From Calcarisporiella thermophila CBS 279.70 (taxonomy: Eukaryota > Fungi > Calcarisporiellomycota), in assembly GCF_041956535.1 (NCBI RefSeq), contig NW_027192196.1, positions 602,759 through 666,758 on the forward strand: a stretch of 64,000 nt of DNA, written 5' to 3'. Shown piece after piece: positions 1-13,046 of the stretch. The first letter of the stretch is position 1. Every line of letters begins with the position of its first letter. The position numbers were made by a program, and so were the translations under genes. The notes beneath the pieces are model-generated. The model was not told the origin of the DNA, ran no database searches, and saw nothing but the letters and a program-made list of their open reading frames with translations.

Positions 1-573
1 AGTTCTTCTGCAATCTGTTTCAGCGCCTCTATTTCGCTGACCTGGAAGATTGATATGAGGAAAATATCCGCAACAGCAGAGCAGTATCAGACTCACTTGC
101 TTTCGGATGAGATCATCTTTATCTCCGATCTCCTTAAGTGTTATCTCATGACGATCCAGCAAACTCTGTCCAATTTCTAGAGGGAACAGTCAATGAAGTA
201 TTTCTCCCACAGCTAGTCTAAAGAATAGATTTGTATTACCTCCCGCAAGTCTTAGCTCATCTTCCAGAGAGCGCAGAATCTGGAGCCAGTGCTCTCGCAT
301 TCTACATGATGGGCGTCTACAGCAACAGTTGATGGCTGTGGTTGGAGAGCGCTGTGATGAGCCAGCAGATGATCCAAATGGCGATGGTGTAGAGTAAGAT
401 TTTTCGAGATGGAAATTATTCGCGCGAATGGGAGTGAAGGTTTCGGAGGCGCGGCGCATGAGCAGCGTGTCGCCAGACATATCATGTTCCCACCCTCCAC
501 TTCCAGCAGCTGTTGATGCCGCAGAGGGGGTGGTGGGTGTCTCTGACATTGTAGAGGGAACGAATATGTCCAA
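1..573 (-). CDS. Coiled-coil protein with Cys cluster and CC1-box-like motif (5' part; continues beyond window start)
   Basis: Splicing the GT-AG intron 239-177 gives ...NCCCRRPSC...RSLEDELRLAGEIGQSLLDRHE...; a further GTGAGT..CAG intron leads to VSEIEALKQIAEE at the window edge. Confidence 0.7.
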
Positions 574-1183
574 TTCTGGGTTTGAAAAAGTCTTGTTAAC
601 GATGCTCCCAACAAAATTTTGATTTTCGGGTCTCGAATAGGGGACCTTAAATGCCTGGTCAGCGGATTGACTGCTGACATTTCAATACAACGGTGCTTTT
701 TTATTTAAAGGGCATTTTTTTATGTTTCGCTTTCTGGCCCTTTCTCTCTCCTTATAGCTTTGCGAGGAAGCAGCCTGATCGGCTCCTATGTGATGTGGCA
801 GGCATCCGTGTATGCTGGCAACAATATTTAAACATTCCAAACAAGAGTGATGCCTTAATGACAGGCTTTCGGAATATATTTAAGGAAGATCGAGTCTTGG
901 CTCTAAATCCCCTGTGAGGAAACCTACTTCCCCTCTTATAAAAGAGATTTGAGCATCCATCGTAATCGGAAACGAAAAACCCGTCTATGACAAATAAACT
1001 CTCCTTTCTATATGAGAAAAGCCCCGACCTATCTTAAAAGGCCACATGCCCCGTACTTATATAAATCTCTCAGAATACTAAATTTCATATGATTTGTTTT
1101 TTTTTTCCCACAGATTAAAGTCGAAGAAAATTGATTTTTTGACTGAAAACTCCAAGTTGATCCTCTACAGTAGTTAAACAATC

Positions 1184-3072
1184 ATGTCAAAACTTGTCCC
1201 TATTGCATATATCACGTCAATTTTGCGTGACTTAAAATTAATGAAGATAAATGATATCTTCCCCGTTCTACAGAGATCTCTGGGCTCCTTGAGCCCCCGT
1301 AAAATCCTTCTTCTCTACCTTCTTTACCTCATCGTGAAATACCCTAATCGCGCAATCGGATCCCGCCGCTACAGCGGAAAGGGGGCTACCGTTGTAACCG
1401 AGTTCCCTTTGTTGGGAAGCTTTCCTGTTCTTTTTTGGTTCCGCCATAGTATTCTTGAATTGATGCTTTGGTCGAGGCGGCGATATGGTCCTTGCTTCAC
1501 CTTGACATTTCCACTTTTCCCTCGAATTTTTGTCATTACCGATCCCCAGCTTATCGAGCATGTTCTGAAAGGGAGTTTTGAGGATTTTGAAAAAGGATAC
1601 GAGCTTAGCAAACGGTTGAGACCATTGCTGGGCAACGGGATCTTTAACTGTGTAAGAGGAAGAAATAATATCTTCCAATTCTATCCCCCTAACCAGCTAA
1701 GCTATACACAAAATAGGATGGTGACAGGTGGAGAAGACAGCGCAAGACGGTAGCGCAATGCAAACGAGGATATTTTACCTTGACATGCTTATCGTTTTTT
1801 TTTCTTGCAGGCGTCACACGTGTTCAACGTGAAGAATTTCCGTGAACTTACCACAGGCATTTTCCGTGAAGAATCCAAACTCGTGGTAAAAGTGCTCGAG
1901 CAGTACGCAGAGAGTGGCCAAGAATTCAATCTTAGCGACGTGTTCTTCCGCTTCACTCTGGACACTTTCGGGAAACTTTCGTTTGGCACTTCCTTTAATT
2001 GCCTTGAAAGACCCCAAGACCCCATTCCGTTTGCAGTAGCTTTTGATCAAGCTCAAACTATCGTGGACATGCGTTTTAAGAATGTGTTCTATCAGGTAAG
2101 CGAATTGTTAACGGGAGCCAAGGAGAGATTACAACGGGCGACAAAAGTTGTGGACGAGTACGCATATCAGGTCATCGAGAGTCGCCGTCAAGAGATCAGA
2201 GATAGGGGAGCGGAAAAGACGAGAAAGAAGGACTTACTGGATATGTTTATCGATTATCGTGATGAGAATGGGAAAGGGCTCTCGGATGCGGAGCTTCGTG
2301 ATGTGGTGATTAATTTTATGCTTGCGGGTTGGGGCGAATAATAAAATTAGAAGGTTCTCTTGGCATATTAAAGACACTTTCTTTTTAGGACGAGACACTA
2401 CCGCTCAGCAGCTCTCATGGCAATATCTCATGATGATGCGACATCCTGATATTCAGCAGCGCGCTCGTGAAGAGCTACAACAATTCGACCCGGATGAAAT
2501 TGATTACGACACGCTACGTTCTCTGCACTATTGCCTAAGTCTATTTAATGAAACACTACGCCTTTACCCTTCCGTTCCACGAAATGCCAAATTTGCTGTC
2601 AAGGATAGCGTTCTTCCAAACGGAGCTCTCGTGAAGAAAGGCGACGCGGTAGCTTTTAGCCCCTATGTGTTGGGGCGATTGACCGAGGTATGGGGCCCTG
2701 ATGCAGAGCAGTTTAATCCGGAGCGATGGTTAGAAAGAGATGCCGTCGGAAACGTGGTGGGTGTGAAAAGGGAGTCGCCTTCCAAATTTCCGGCTTTTCA
2801 TGCAGGGCCGCGAACCTGGTATGTACCCCCTTATCTTCAATGGATATGGCGCATTTTCTAATAACCATTTTATTTTATTCTTTTGAAGTCTGGGCCAGAC
2901 CTTTGCCACCCTTGAGTCCCTCCTTCTTACATCGCAGCTTCTCACTCGGTTTGAATTCACCCTCTCCCCGACCTTCATCGAGCGAGAACGCAGAGCCACC
3001 GAGCCACTCTACGCGCCTTCCTTGACTATGCCAATGCGGCGCCCGCTTCTAGTCAAAGTGCGCAAGCTCTAG
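1184..3072 (+). CDS. Cytochrome P450 (CYP52/CYP86-like fatty acid/alkane hydroxylase type)
   Basis: N-terminal membrane anchor, LLGNGIFN, AG|RDTT I-helix, ETLRLYP, FNPERW, and heme motif FHAGPRTC|LGQ with the Cys codon split by an intron. 4 GT-AG introns; stop TAG at 3070-3072. Confidence 0.95.
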
Positions 3073-3520
3073 ATCTTCTTCACAGATAGCCAAAAATGAC
3101 CCCTCCATGCTAATAGCCCTCTTCTCTATCCTATACCTGCAGTGTACTCGTTTTCTATTTCACACCAGATGATTTCTAAATATACATAGGCTTATCTAAT
3201 TCGCTGCCTAATCGTATTATAAATAATTTTAAATTAAAATTTGGATAGAAACCCACGCCATTAGTTCCTAAGAAAGAGAACAGAACCGTTTTACTTTTTT
3301 TTTTCCTCGTAAGACGAGATTCATATCTTAGACAAAGAATAGAACAGTTCATTTTCTTTCTCAGCGCAATAAGAACTCAGAAGCCTATTTCACCTCTATT
3401 GTCACAAGACCTACTGGATTCCGCAGTACCCTACTCTCCTCCACATTCCATGAAATTCATCTGACACCTCTAAATATAGACGCTTGTCTCAACATACCAA
3501 CACTCTTCCCCACCCCCACC

Positions 3521-4963
3521 ATGTTAAATACGCTGAGACCTCCAATAGAATACATGTCGGCGAATCAGCAGAATAATGGGCAGTCAAGAACGCCGATCGG
3601 GGCTGGAAGTGGGATGGTGCCAGTCGGAATGCAATCTTTAGGGTAAGCTACTCTAAAATACCGCTTTGGATCCATTGGGGCTCGTGTTTAATTTAATTTT
3701 TCAATTGGATCCCACGATAGAGGATTCGATGGCGGAGGTGCAGTGTTAAGATTAATGTCTTATAGCGAAAAGATGACACCACCCCCGAATGTAGGACCAG
3801 ATCATGGGATATGATCCTCTCTTGAAATTAGAATAATCATGCTCTGTCTTTCTATCCTAATTGCTAGGAAAACTCTACTGATTACTGGAAGGGATTTGTA
3901 GAGTCATTCTATGCTGAAAATGGAGTGATGCGCCTCGCTCTATTCGACACCGATAGGAAGGAATTACGAAATTTCGGTGGGTCTAAAATAGTATTTGACT
4001 TTTAGGTTTATTGATGGCACATGCTAAAATATTTGCTTTTTGATCTTTAAGATCTGCCCGCACCATTCCTGCACCGATTCTACCATATGCTTTATGATAT
4101 GGGAGGGGTGGCATCGATTCAGCTAGTGTTTGAAAGTACTCAGGAATTTCTCCAAGCGCCCAACTCAAGAATGGTTGTATGTCCGCATGCTTCCATGATA
4201 TATCACTATCAGAATGGTGTCAAGGTGAGGGATTGGTATTGTCTGATGGCACTTTGTCAGACGTTTGATGGAGTCCTTCTGTAGGTGATCAATGTGGGCC
4301 GTTTACGGTGCGTGTTCGACCCGAAGATCAAGTATTTCGAGTTTATAACCCAGCACCATGAGGAATATTTGCCACGCTCTATGTTAAAGCAGCTGCAAGA
4401 GGACGGGAGTTTATACGAAGATAAGGCGTCCGAGAAGGCTAGGCGAAACTCAAAATCACAGAAGGGCTTGGCTATCAATGGCGGGGAAATACTGATCCCA
4501 CCGCGAACGGTGACTTCTTTCGGGCTCCCGGAGCAAACCATGCGAGTGCTAGAGATGTTTGAGGGAATGTGGATGTTGAGAGATTTAATGCAGATGTGTC
4601 ATTCACAGAATTCTTCACCCACAGGTAAGAACATTGAAATTTCCTCTCTTCTGCCCTTTTCCTCGCCAAAGCGTTTAGTTGAAATCGTGTAATTCTCTTT
4701 TCTTCCTATCACTGACGGCGCATCCTCCTCCTTTTTATTTAGAGAGCCTTCACTTATTCACACAAAATGTCACATCAGCACCCTTCACAAACCCACCCAT
4801 GACCGCCACCGAGCAGGTACCCGGAGTAACGACGCTCCACCATGGCCTTCCTTCCCCCGCAACGCAAACCTCCCAATATCCCTCTACTCCGCCCAATTCA
4901 CAAAAGCTAACGGATTCTACTACAAGTTCGCATCCAACCTCTACTCTCCAACAATGGCTTTAA
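3521..4963 (+). CDS. LIM-domain-binding (LDB/SEUSS/Mfg1/PtaB-like) transcriptional co-regulator
   Basis: Spliced product contains VLRLMSYSE, YWKGFVESFY, VVCPHASMIYHY, KIKYFEFITQHHEEYLPR and FGLPEQTMRVLEM, typical of the LIM_bind domain. Confidence 0.85.
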
Positions 4964-5248
4964 GTTTTTGTTCTAAATTCTCCTCTGTTAATTTTATTGT
5001 GATTATGTATTCATTTATTTTATTTTATTTTATACTATATTATTTTATTTTATAAATACATAAAATTTTGATATAATTTTGGCGATAACGGCTTGTTTAT
5101 TAAGAGGAAAAAAAGAGAGAGAGAAAGGTAGAGAGAGAAAGCGTGTTCTTCGAAGAGAGAGCGCAGAAAGGTAAAGATAGAAAAGGCCATGATTAGGAGA
5201 GCTTAAGAGTTTATGTACAGTGTGAAATAACTGGGTAGAATACAGAAT

Positions 5249-6188
5249 CTAACTGTCACGCGGGGGTCTTCCTCTTCTTTTAGCTCCACTACGTCTGCGG
5301 GATGTAGAGGTGGTAGTGGTGGAGGAGGCAGGGGTGGAGGGATTGGATGCTTGAATAGAGGGTCGTCCAGGGGCGGAAGACTTTTCAAGTCTCCGTTGCT
5401 CAAGGTATCTAAAAGAGAAACATCCACCACCCAAGTCAATATCCAAAGGCTAAATGGGCACCAGCGCCGAGAAAAAAAAGAAAAGAGTCAACCCTACCTT
5501 GCCATTTGTTGATCCAACTCATCCTGCAGGTTTGGCAGTTTCCTAAGTTGATGCTGTATCCGCTTCTTGTCAACCTCTTCCTTGAGGGGTTCATACGATT
5601 CCTCTCTTATTCGCTTAAGCCTCTCGCGAAGCCCATCACGCTCTGCTTTCACGTTGCGCTCCACCTCGGTCACCTGCCCATATTAACACCATTAAGCCAA
5701 TAAAGAATCGTAGTACAAAAGAGAGAATATATATAACGGAAGGAAGAGATACCGATTCGATATCCCGCTGTAGCCCCCGTAACATCTCACACAGCTCTAG
5801 CTTCTCGCGTTGCAAACGGCCTCGCTCTAATGACACTTCGTCCAGCAGGTGTTCTTTTTGTTCCAGTTGTTCCTGCAACTCAAAAAGCTGCTGCTTCAAG
5901 TCTCCTAATGCATCTTGCTTTCCCCTAGAAAGCATTGGAAAGAATAAATAGTAATACAATGAATATGCAACTCGGTTGGGTATTTGCAGCGCTTGTTGTA
6001 GTTACTTCAAATCTGAGAGAGCCGCGAGATCTCGAACAATTTTGTCATTAGAATTATCCTCATTCTCGTTCCTATTTGAAAATAATAGAGATTGACAAAT
6101 CCGCCAGCCAATTTTAGATTTATAATTGGGTTGAGCTCTAGAAAAGTTTAGTTACTGACACTAATGCTTGCACTTGCTCCGCTGCCAT
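5249..6188 (-). CDS. ZC4H2-like coiled-coil protein lacking the C4H2 zinc finger, with C-terminal AT-hook
   Basis: 5 exons splice in frame. YEPLKEEVDKKRIQHQLRKLPNLQDE resembles animal ZC4H2 [26 protein letters not shown] (recalled). Protein ends KRRGRPPRDS*. Confidence 0.75.
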
Positions 6189-6335
6189 GCTGTAGCGGGA
6201 TCCTCTAGAGGTTATGACTGTGTATGCAAAAAACGATTTAGGGCACACTTTAATCTCTTGTGGCTTGTGCAAATCCTTATCAAGGATTCGTGAGTTGTTT
6301 TCTTTATTTTATTAATTGCTGACAACATTATAGCG

Positions 6336-6760
6336 ATGCTGGGCTCGATTTTCTCACAAGGTAATGTCTTACTCTCGTAGAGAGCGCTATTTTACGGTGA
6401 TTCAAGATCTTTGACAATCGGAGATAGCGATTTAAAAAAAAGTGAATTATTAATTATGCTATCCTTTTTTGCTTATAGTCATTCCTGCCTTTAGGCCAGC
6501 CACTTCGATGGTCACAAGTATCAGATCCATGTCTTATAAAATGAAGACCCACTCTGGTTCTAAGAAAAGGTCCAATCTGTTTTATCTAGTCTCGTAGCCT
6601 ATTCTCGAATCCTTAACTTTTCTCTTTCAATTCTAGGTGGATTCCTGCTGGCGGAAAATTCAAGCGTATGAATTGCCGCTCTACCAATCTGACAATGTCT
6701 TATGCGAACAAAGCACAAAAAAATGCACTGAAACGGTTGATGCCTTATGCTTCCTCATAG
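6336..6760 (+). CDS. Mitochondrial ribosomal protein bL35m (not in ORF track)
   Basis: 3 exons: MLGSIFSQ|VIPAFRPATSMVTSIRSMSYKMKTHSGSKKR|WIPAGGKFKR...ANKAQKNALKRLMPYASS*. Carries the bL35 signature KMKTHxGxxKR and C-terminal KRLxPYA, with a presequence-like N-terminus. Confidence 0.85.
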
Positions 6761-7080
6761 TTGTACTATTCGTTTCTTGATTAGACACTCTTCAATTGGA
6801 CAAAGATAGAATTAAACATACTCGGGCGAATTTATTCTGCCTATCCTACAATGATCTATTCATTTTTTTATCCCTCTACTCTTTTTTCTCTCTTTTCTCT
6901 TTTTCTTTTCCCTGTCAATAGCAATCTTTTATTACTCCCTCAAAATCCCTTACACCGAAGGAAAGCCTTGTGACTGCCATTCACTCGCTGAGCTAAATTC
7001 TAATTCTTAATTACTCGATAAGCCACATATTTACTATTTCAATCTTAATATCTGCATCCTCAGACACTGTGTACAATCCG

Positions 7081-8416
7081 ATGGCCACCTCTACCACCGA
7101 AAATTGTCCCTCAATAATGTCTACCGAAGAGGAAATTCCTCAATCATACACGGCCGCAGATCTGCTCCAAAGAGTCGCTAGCTACATAGAATCTTGTGAA
7201 TATGATCTTGCTAGGACATTTTGCTTACGCGCTCTAGACCTGGAGCCCGAGAATGTACATGTGCTGGAGATGCTCGGTCAAGTGGAAGCTGAGCTTGGGA
7301 TGTTCGAGGAGGCGGTTAGCGTATGTGGTTTTTTCCCTGCAACATCTGATATTTAGGTGCTAACCATCTTCATTTTAATAGAGATTTCAAAGGGCGATTC
7401 AACTCGAGCCCAACAAGGGCTACTCGAAGTATCTTTATCTCGGTCAGCTCTCCACTGCTTTGGAATCTATTGCCTATTATCGGCGGGGAGTTGAACTACT
7501 GGTAGAGGAACGGAGCCGAATGCCTGAGAGTAGCGAAGAAGCACTAGCCCATGCCCGCAAAATTTCATCTGCATTATGCTCTATGACTGAAATATACCTG
7601 ACAGATTGTTGGTAATTGTAATTCTCCCACCTATTCTGTTCATCCCACATGTGCTGATTAGTTTTATCAAAAGTTTTGAGCCGGATGCCGAACAGAAATG
7701 TGAAGAGTTTTTAAGTCAAGCGGCTAGCATAGATCCAGAAAATCCAGAGGTTTATCAGCTTCTTGCCTCTGTTAGGCTAAGCCAGTGCAGGAATGAAGAG
7801 GCCCAACAGGCAATCGAAAAAAGCATGGACTTATGGATTCAGAAAGAGCCAGGTAGTTTCCTTTGTTCTCGGCCTATTTTTAAGCCTTTCAAATCTAGTT
7901 CGATTTTTTGACACTTTTCTCTCTATACAGGCCACCCATCCATTCCCCAATACGATTCGCGTATTGCCCTTACCAAACTTCTTCTTGAAATGTCACTCCA
8001 CGAACGTGCAATGACCGTGCTCGGTGGCCTTCAAAAAGAGAACGACCAGAGTGTTGACCTATGGTATTTGTATGGCTGGACATACAATTGTATGATGGAG
8101 GAAGCAACGGATCCGGAAGCAAAACGCGAGCTCATGGACGATATGCGGGAGTGCTTGGAAAACGCAATCAAGGTATCTTATTAAGTTTGCGTGAAAGCAC
8201 AAGAAATTCAACGACTTATATCGATTTTCCAAATTCCTATAATAGCTCTACCATCAGTTGGATCATGACGATGAACCAATTCTTGAACATTGCCAGGAAT
8301 TATTGTCCACGCTCCCCCCCGCGGAAGGTAACACAGCTGAAGAGGAAGAGGAGGACGGAGCAGAAGATGAAGATCAGTGGGAAGATGAGGAAGACGATGA
8401 CGCAATGGAGATGTGA
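7081..8416 (+). CDS. ACL4: Assembly chaperone of Rpl4 (TPR protein)
   Basis: TPRs; KYLYLGQL; ALCSMTEIYLTDC; PEVYQLLASVRLSQ; VDLWYLYGW; acidic C-terminal tail. 4 introns. Confidence 0.9.
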
Positions 8417-9528
8417 ACGTTGTTATACATATTTAACCCCAAAAAATAGTCACATTGAAAAGAAGAAGAAAATACCATCCCTTTATATTGTATATTAATT
8501 GATCCAACCGCTATTTGACCATTTTTTTTTTTTCCTACTTGTTCTCTCTTTGTTTTCCCTCTCGCTTTTCAAGCTTCTTCCCGATTTTATATATGGAATA
8601 ATGAATAAAAACATAGAAAAGTCGGCTTTTATGCATTCTTAACTGCTTTGCCTTCCAATTAGATAGATTCCTGCCAATGAGCGACAATCCTGCTTTCGGG
8701 TTGATGTTGGACAGAAATAAGCTAGGCCAAAAGCATCAGGGTAAAAACTCTTTATTACGGCTAATATTTACGGGAAAAAAAGGATTTAATAATTAAACAG
8801 AATTAAGTAATCCTCTTTGTTCCAAAGTGGCCTTACTTCTAGAGCATGGCTGAGTGGTGTCGAACAAGCTATGGATCGATTTTGGCCCAATTGGACCGCC
8901 TCCATCCAAGCCTTGTTTCTTCTTCCACGCGACAGAGGCGTGGTCCTCGTGGAGGAAGCAGGCTCGCTCTCCGTAGGCGCTAGCGCATCTGCATTGCAGA
9001 GCTGAGCAAGGTGCGCAGGCGTTGCCGTGTGAGAAGGCTTTTACTGTTACTCCAGAATGTCGGTGATAAGCTGTAAAAATTGCGAATGATCGGACCTTTC
9101 CCTTAGCAAGTCCGTGCACAAAGTACCCTGTTTCTGGATAATTAGAGTTAATTAAATATTTGCACGACAAGAAATGAAAAAAAACCGATCGTGGCATCAC
9201 ACAACGAAAACACAACTCAAGGTTTATCCTTGTCCCGACTAAAATCGGCCTGCGCTTTATTTTCCAACTCTGCACCACCTTTCACTTCAACACGGCTGCC
9301 GTGGCCCGCTCCCCTTCCTATCCAGTCCTTTTTCTCTGCAACGCTCCCACTCCTTTGTACGCCACACACTTCCATCCGAACACTCTTGTATCGTTAATGA
9401 CCTTTATATAGTGTCCCATACTCATACTCCTTCTTTCCTCCTCCCGCCCTTACTTTGGCTTTTTCATACTCGATATTCAAGAGCGAACCAACCGATCTCT
9501 CATCTGATTTCCCCTTCTGTCCCATCTG

Positions 9529-10528
9529 ATGGCTCGTATGGATCCGGCAGAAGTGGCCCATTCTCCCCATAATGGTAAGTGAATTGAGGGGGCTTACGTA
9601 ACAGCAGTGTAGGTTGACCATCATAGTGGCTATAGACCCTTCTTCCTTGCGTATGCTCTTACGCCGCGCTGATAACTCTTCTCAGTGTGTCACCAATTGC
9701 CCCGTGCCTCAATGCCCCTCCACCTGTCCGCAGGAACAGAAGTGTGTTTTTGTCACTCGTACATGCGGTGAATGTTCGAAGGCAGTTTGTCTGCCTGTGG
9801 GTGGAGAGTCCTCGGGCTCAGGCTCAAGCGGTTCTCCGGTCCCTGTCGTGGTCGGCGGAGTACTTGGAGTATTTGTAATTGCAGTTGGGATATATGCTTA
9901 TAAGCGTTACAGGCGTAAGTCACGGTCGGCAAAGGCACGCAATATGCCACTGGATTCATGGAAAGACACAAAGAACGAACCAGTGAACCGACAATTGTAT
10001 ACGGGAAGTTTTGCGGCCATGAGCGACCCAAGGAATACGTCCACATCTGCTATCGTTCCCATCGGCTATGTTCCGCCCTCAACCCGTGGATCTTCCTACA
10101 CGAGAACAAGTAGCCCGCGGCTACGAATGTTCGAGGATGGGATGGTTTCAGGAGATGCTGTAATTAAGCTACCTGAGAACATCCACCCCTCTCCGCATTT
10201 TGCAACCGACGACGCCTACGACGGAATTGGCATGACTCCCTCCACCCCTGAATTAACCACTACCGCTACAGCTGCCACTCGAGCCAAACCACAGCTTGTA
10301 CGGGTCACATCCAAACGGAGCGCTAAAACGGCTGGTACCGATGATTGCCCGTCGTTGCCGGACATAGTTTTGCCGGAGGGGGACAGCATTGATCTACAGC
10401 AGTGGTCGGCAGTGGAGGATTATTTACTGCGTTTGCCTGAGCCCGAGACGCCGGGTGGATTAATGCTGCCCAATCCGTATGGAAACATCCCACGACGAAC
10501 AACAAAAGACATTCCAAACGGAATATAA
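9529..10528 (+). CDS. Opy2-like single-pass membrane anchor protein
   Basis: 8-Cys extracellular domain (CVTNCPVPQCPSTCPQEQKCVFVTRTCGECSKAVC), then a TM helix, basic stop-transfer KRYRRK, IVPIGY and a disordered tail. Short first exon spliced via GTAAGT..TAG. Confidence 0.8.
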
Positions 10529-11914
10529 TATGCAACCTAGTGTGTTTGTTTTTTGTGTGTGTTTATTTTAATTTTTTGGCTACTGAACCCTCAGTGCTTC
10601 AGTCATGTTTCTTGTAATTGTTCTTTTTTTATTTGGGACAAATACCCTTACCCCTACCCCTCTATTAACACTTTTATTTTATATCATATTTCTCTTCGCA
10701 GCTCAATTCTCCATACTCAATATTTAACATTATAAAAAGTACAGATTACTCATCCTTGCTATGCGTCTGATTACCCGTGCGATGCTGGTCTGGTACTGCT
10801 CATATTACCTTAGGACGGTCGATTCTATTGTTGAAACATAAGGCAACTTGAAACTGAAGAGATACTTTTTACAAGATTCGAGAAGAAATAATGAATGGAG
10901 TTGTGGATACAAAGCTAGGACAAAGCTTCTCCGCTAACCGAATAACGGGTGCCGAGAGATCGCTCCATGGCGATATAATATCTACTAAAGTATTGATATA
11001 TTTGGAATTTCATTATCGCAGATGCATCTCATAAAATTATTTGTGCCTTGAGAGTGTGGCAAATTTTTGGGTATCGAGTAGAAGTTTCATCTTAATTATC
11101 TTGTGTCAAGCTCGAGCAAAGCATAAAGACATCATTTATTGTTCCAAAGTAGGCGCAAAGAATTAGTATTAAATGTCTCAATGATATTATCATTGGTAGG
11201 TTACACTACAAAGATTTAATAATGGATATTTGCAAGAAGGGCTAGGCGTTTTCATAGTGCTCTTCATTCTCGCACTCAATGTATTTCTATCTACCGCCTT
11301 TCGGCTTGGGCCTGCGGCAATTTCGAGAGAATTCAAGCCTCGCTAAAATCTGGCCATTAGCATGGTCGGTGAAATGGTATGTCAGTCCTATAATACGATA
11401 TCCTGTGAAGTGGAATAGGGCTAACTTTTAGCCATCACCTCAAGGCATTTTCAGTTCGATCTCAAGGATCCTGGGAAGAACACTCAATGATATGGAAATC
11501 TGGACACGTCACCTGCTCAAGATTACTTTAAATGGAATGTGCTCACGGTCGTTTGAAAATAGGCTCTTCATTTAACTTATTGAAAGCTACAGATTAATAA
11601 TGGATTGTCGTGAGCAGAGGCCAATTACATCATCGCTGAAGTCATCTCTATTTTATTGAAAATGCTCAGATCCCCTTTGAATGAGCATTTAAATAGCATG
11701 CAGAGGATAAGGGAAGGAGGACATTCGTTCCATTTCCATTTTCTCTAAATTAAACTCTCTGTAAACGAATCGGGCGTTTCGTGTCAGAGAAACTAAAATC
11801 AGAGGGAGAAAATCATCACAAGGCAAGTCCCCAAGTATATATCAACCGTGTGCACCAAGGAAGTGTTCGAAACTCATCCAAGCTTTGAATTTTTCAATAT
11901 ACTCTTTCAAAACG

Positions 11915-13046
11915 ATGACTGACGCTTCCACTAATCTGATGAAAGCCATCTCCCAAACGGAGAAAGGCCCTTCGTCTGTGCTCAAGGTGATCGAGGTCCC
12001 GAAGCCTACTGCTAGGGGCCATGACCTCGTCGTGAAGATCAAGGCCGTCTCAGTCAATCCCTTGGATATTCTGGTGCGAAAGAGCCCTGAAGCTTTTTCC
12101 ATCAAGGATAAGCACGTCATTGCCGGGTGGGATGCATCGGGGACGGTAGAAGCGGTAGGAGAGCGGGTGACGCGCTTCGAGATTGGGGACGAAGTTTTCT
12201 TTGCTGGGTCGCTCAACCGCCCCGGCAGCAATGCAGAATATGCACTGGTAGATGAGCGTATCACAGGCCATAGGCCAAAATCTCTAAGTTGGGAGGATGC
12301 TGCGGCCCTTCCCCTCACCTCCTTAGCTGCATGGGAGGCATTAGTCGAAAAGATGCGCATCCCAGTTGCTACATCCTCCGAGACGAACCCAAAATCTCTT
12401 CTGATCATTGCCGGGGCAGGCGGAGTCGGCAGCATTGCCATCAGCATTGCCTCCAAAATCCTCAACCTCTCTACTGTAGTCGCCACTGCCTCTCGCCCCG
12501 AAACGGCCGAATATTGCAAGGCGCGAGGAGCGACCCACATCATCAATCACCGGGAGCCTCTCCGCCCTCAACTTGATAAGGCTGGGATAGCCGTCGACTA
12601 TGTGTTCATTTGTTATGATGCTGATCAATATATTGTGCAGGCGTTCGACCTCGTCAAACCTCTAGGACATGTAGTCAGCATTGCTTCTTTATCTGAGAAT
12701 GTTTCTCTTGGGAAGTGGGTGAGTTTGAAAAAAAAAAAACCTTTGTTAATTTTGTTAATTTGGCCCTATTCAAGCCTAAATTTTTTTAAAAAAAATTTAG
12801 AGGATGAAGTCAGTCTCATTCTCATGGGAGGCTATGTTCACCAAATCGATCACTGGCGAGTGTATTGAAACGCAAGGACACATTCTCGATGAAATTTCCC
12901 GTCGGGTGGATCAAGGGCTGCTTCAAACGACAGCTTCCCAGCGCTATCGATTCAACGTGGAGAACTTGAAAATGGCACATGACTTGGTAGAAAGTGGAAA
13001 AGGAGCTGGCAGGATTGTACTTAGGGTGGAGGATACAGATTGGTGA
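11915..13046 (+). CDS. MDR-superfamily NADPH quinone-oxidoreductase-like protein (bacterial-type zinc-binding ADH family)
   Basis: VSVNPLD, GWDASG, GSLNRPGSNAEY, AAALPLTSLAAWEAL, AGAGGVGS and KSVSFSWEAMF. One intron, 12719-12800. Confidence 0.9.

Noticed and set aside
1184-3072. P450 as NO reductase (P450nor) partnering the nitrate genes
   Set aside because: It has a membrane anchor and CYP52/86-like motifs, not soluble CYP55, and lies more than 10 kb away.
3521-6188. Functional coupling of the adjacent LDB-like and ZC4H2-like genes
   Set aside because: They are convergent with no shared promoter; adjacency alone is not evidence.
10560-11880. Possible pseudogene or transposon in a 1.3-kb gap
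   Set aside because: No recognisable coding remnant, terminal repeats or RNA-gene motifs by eye.
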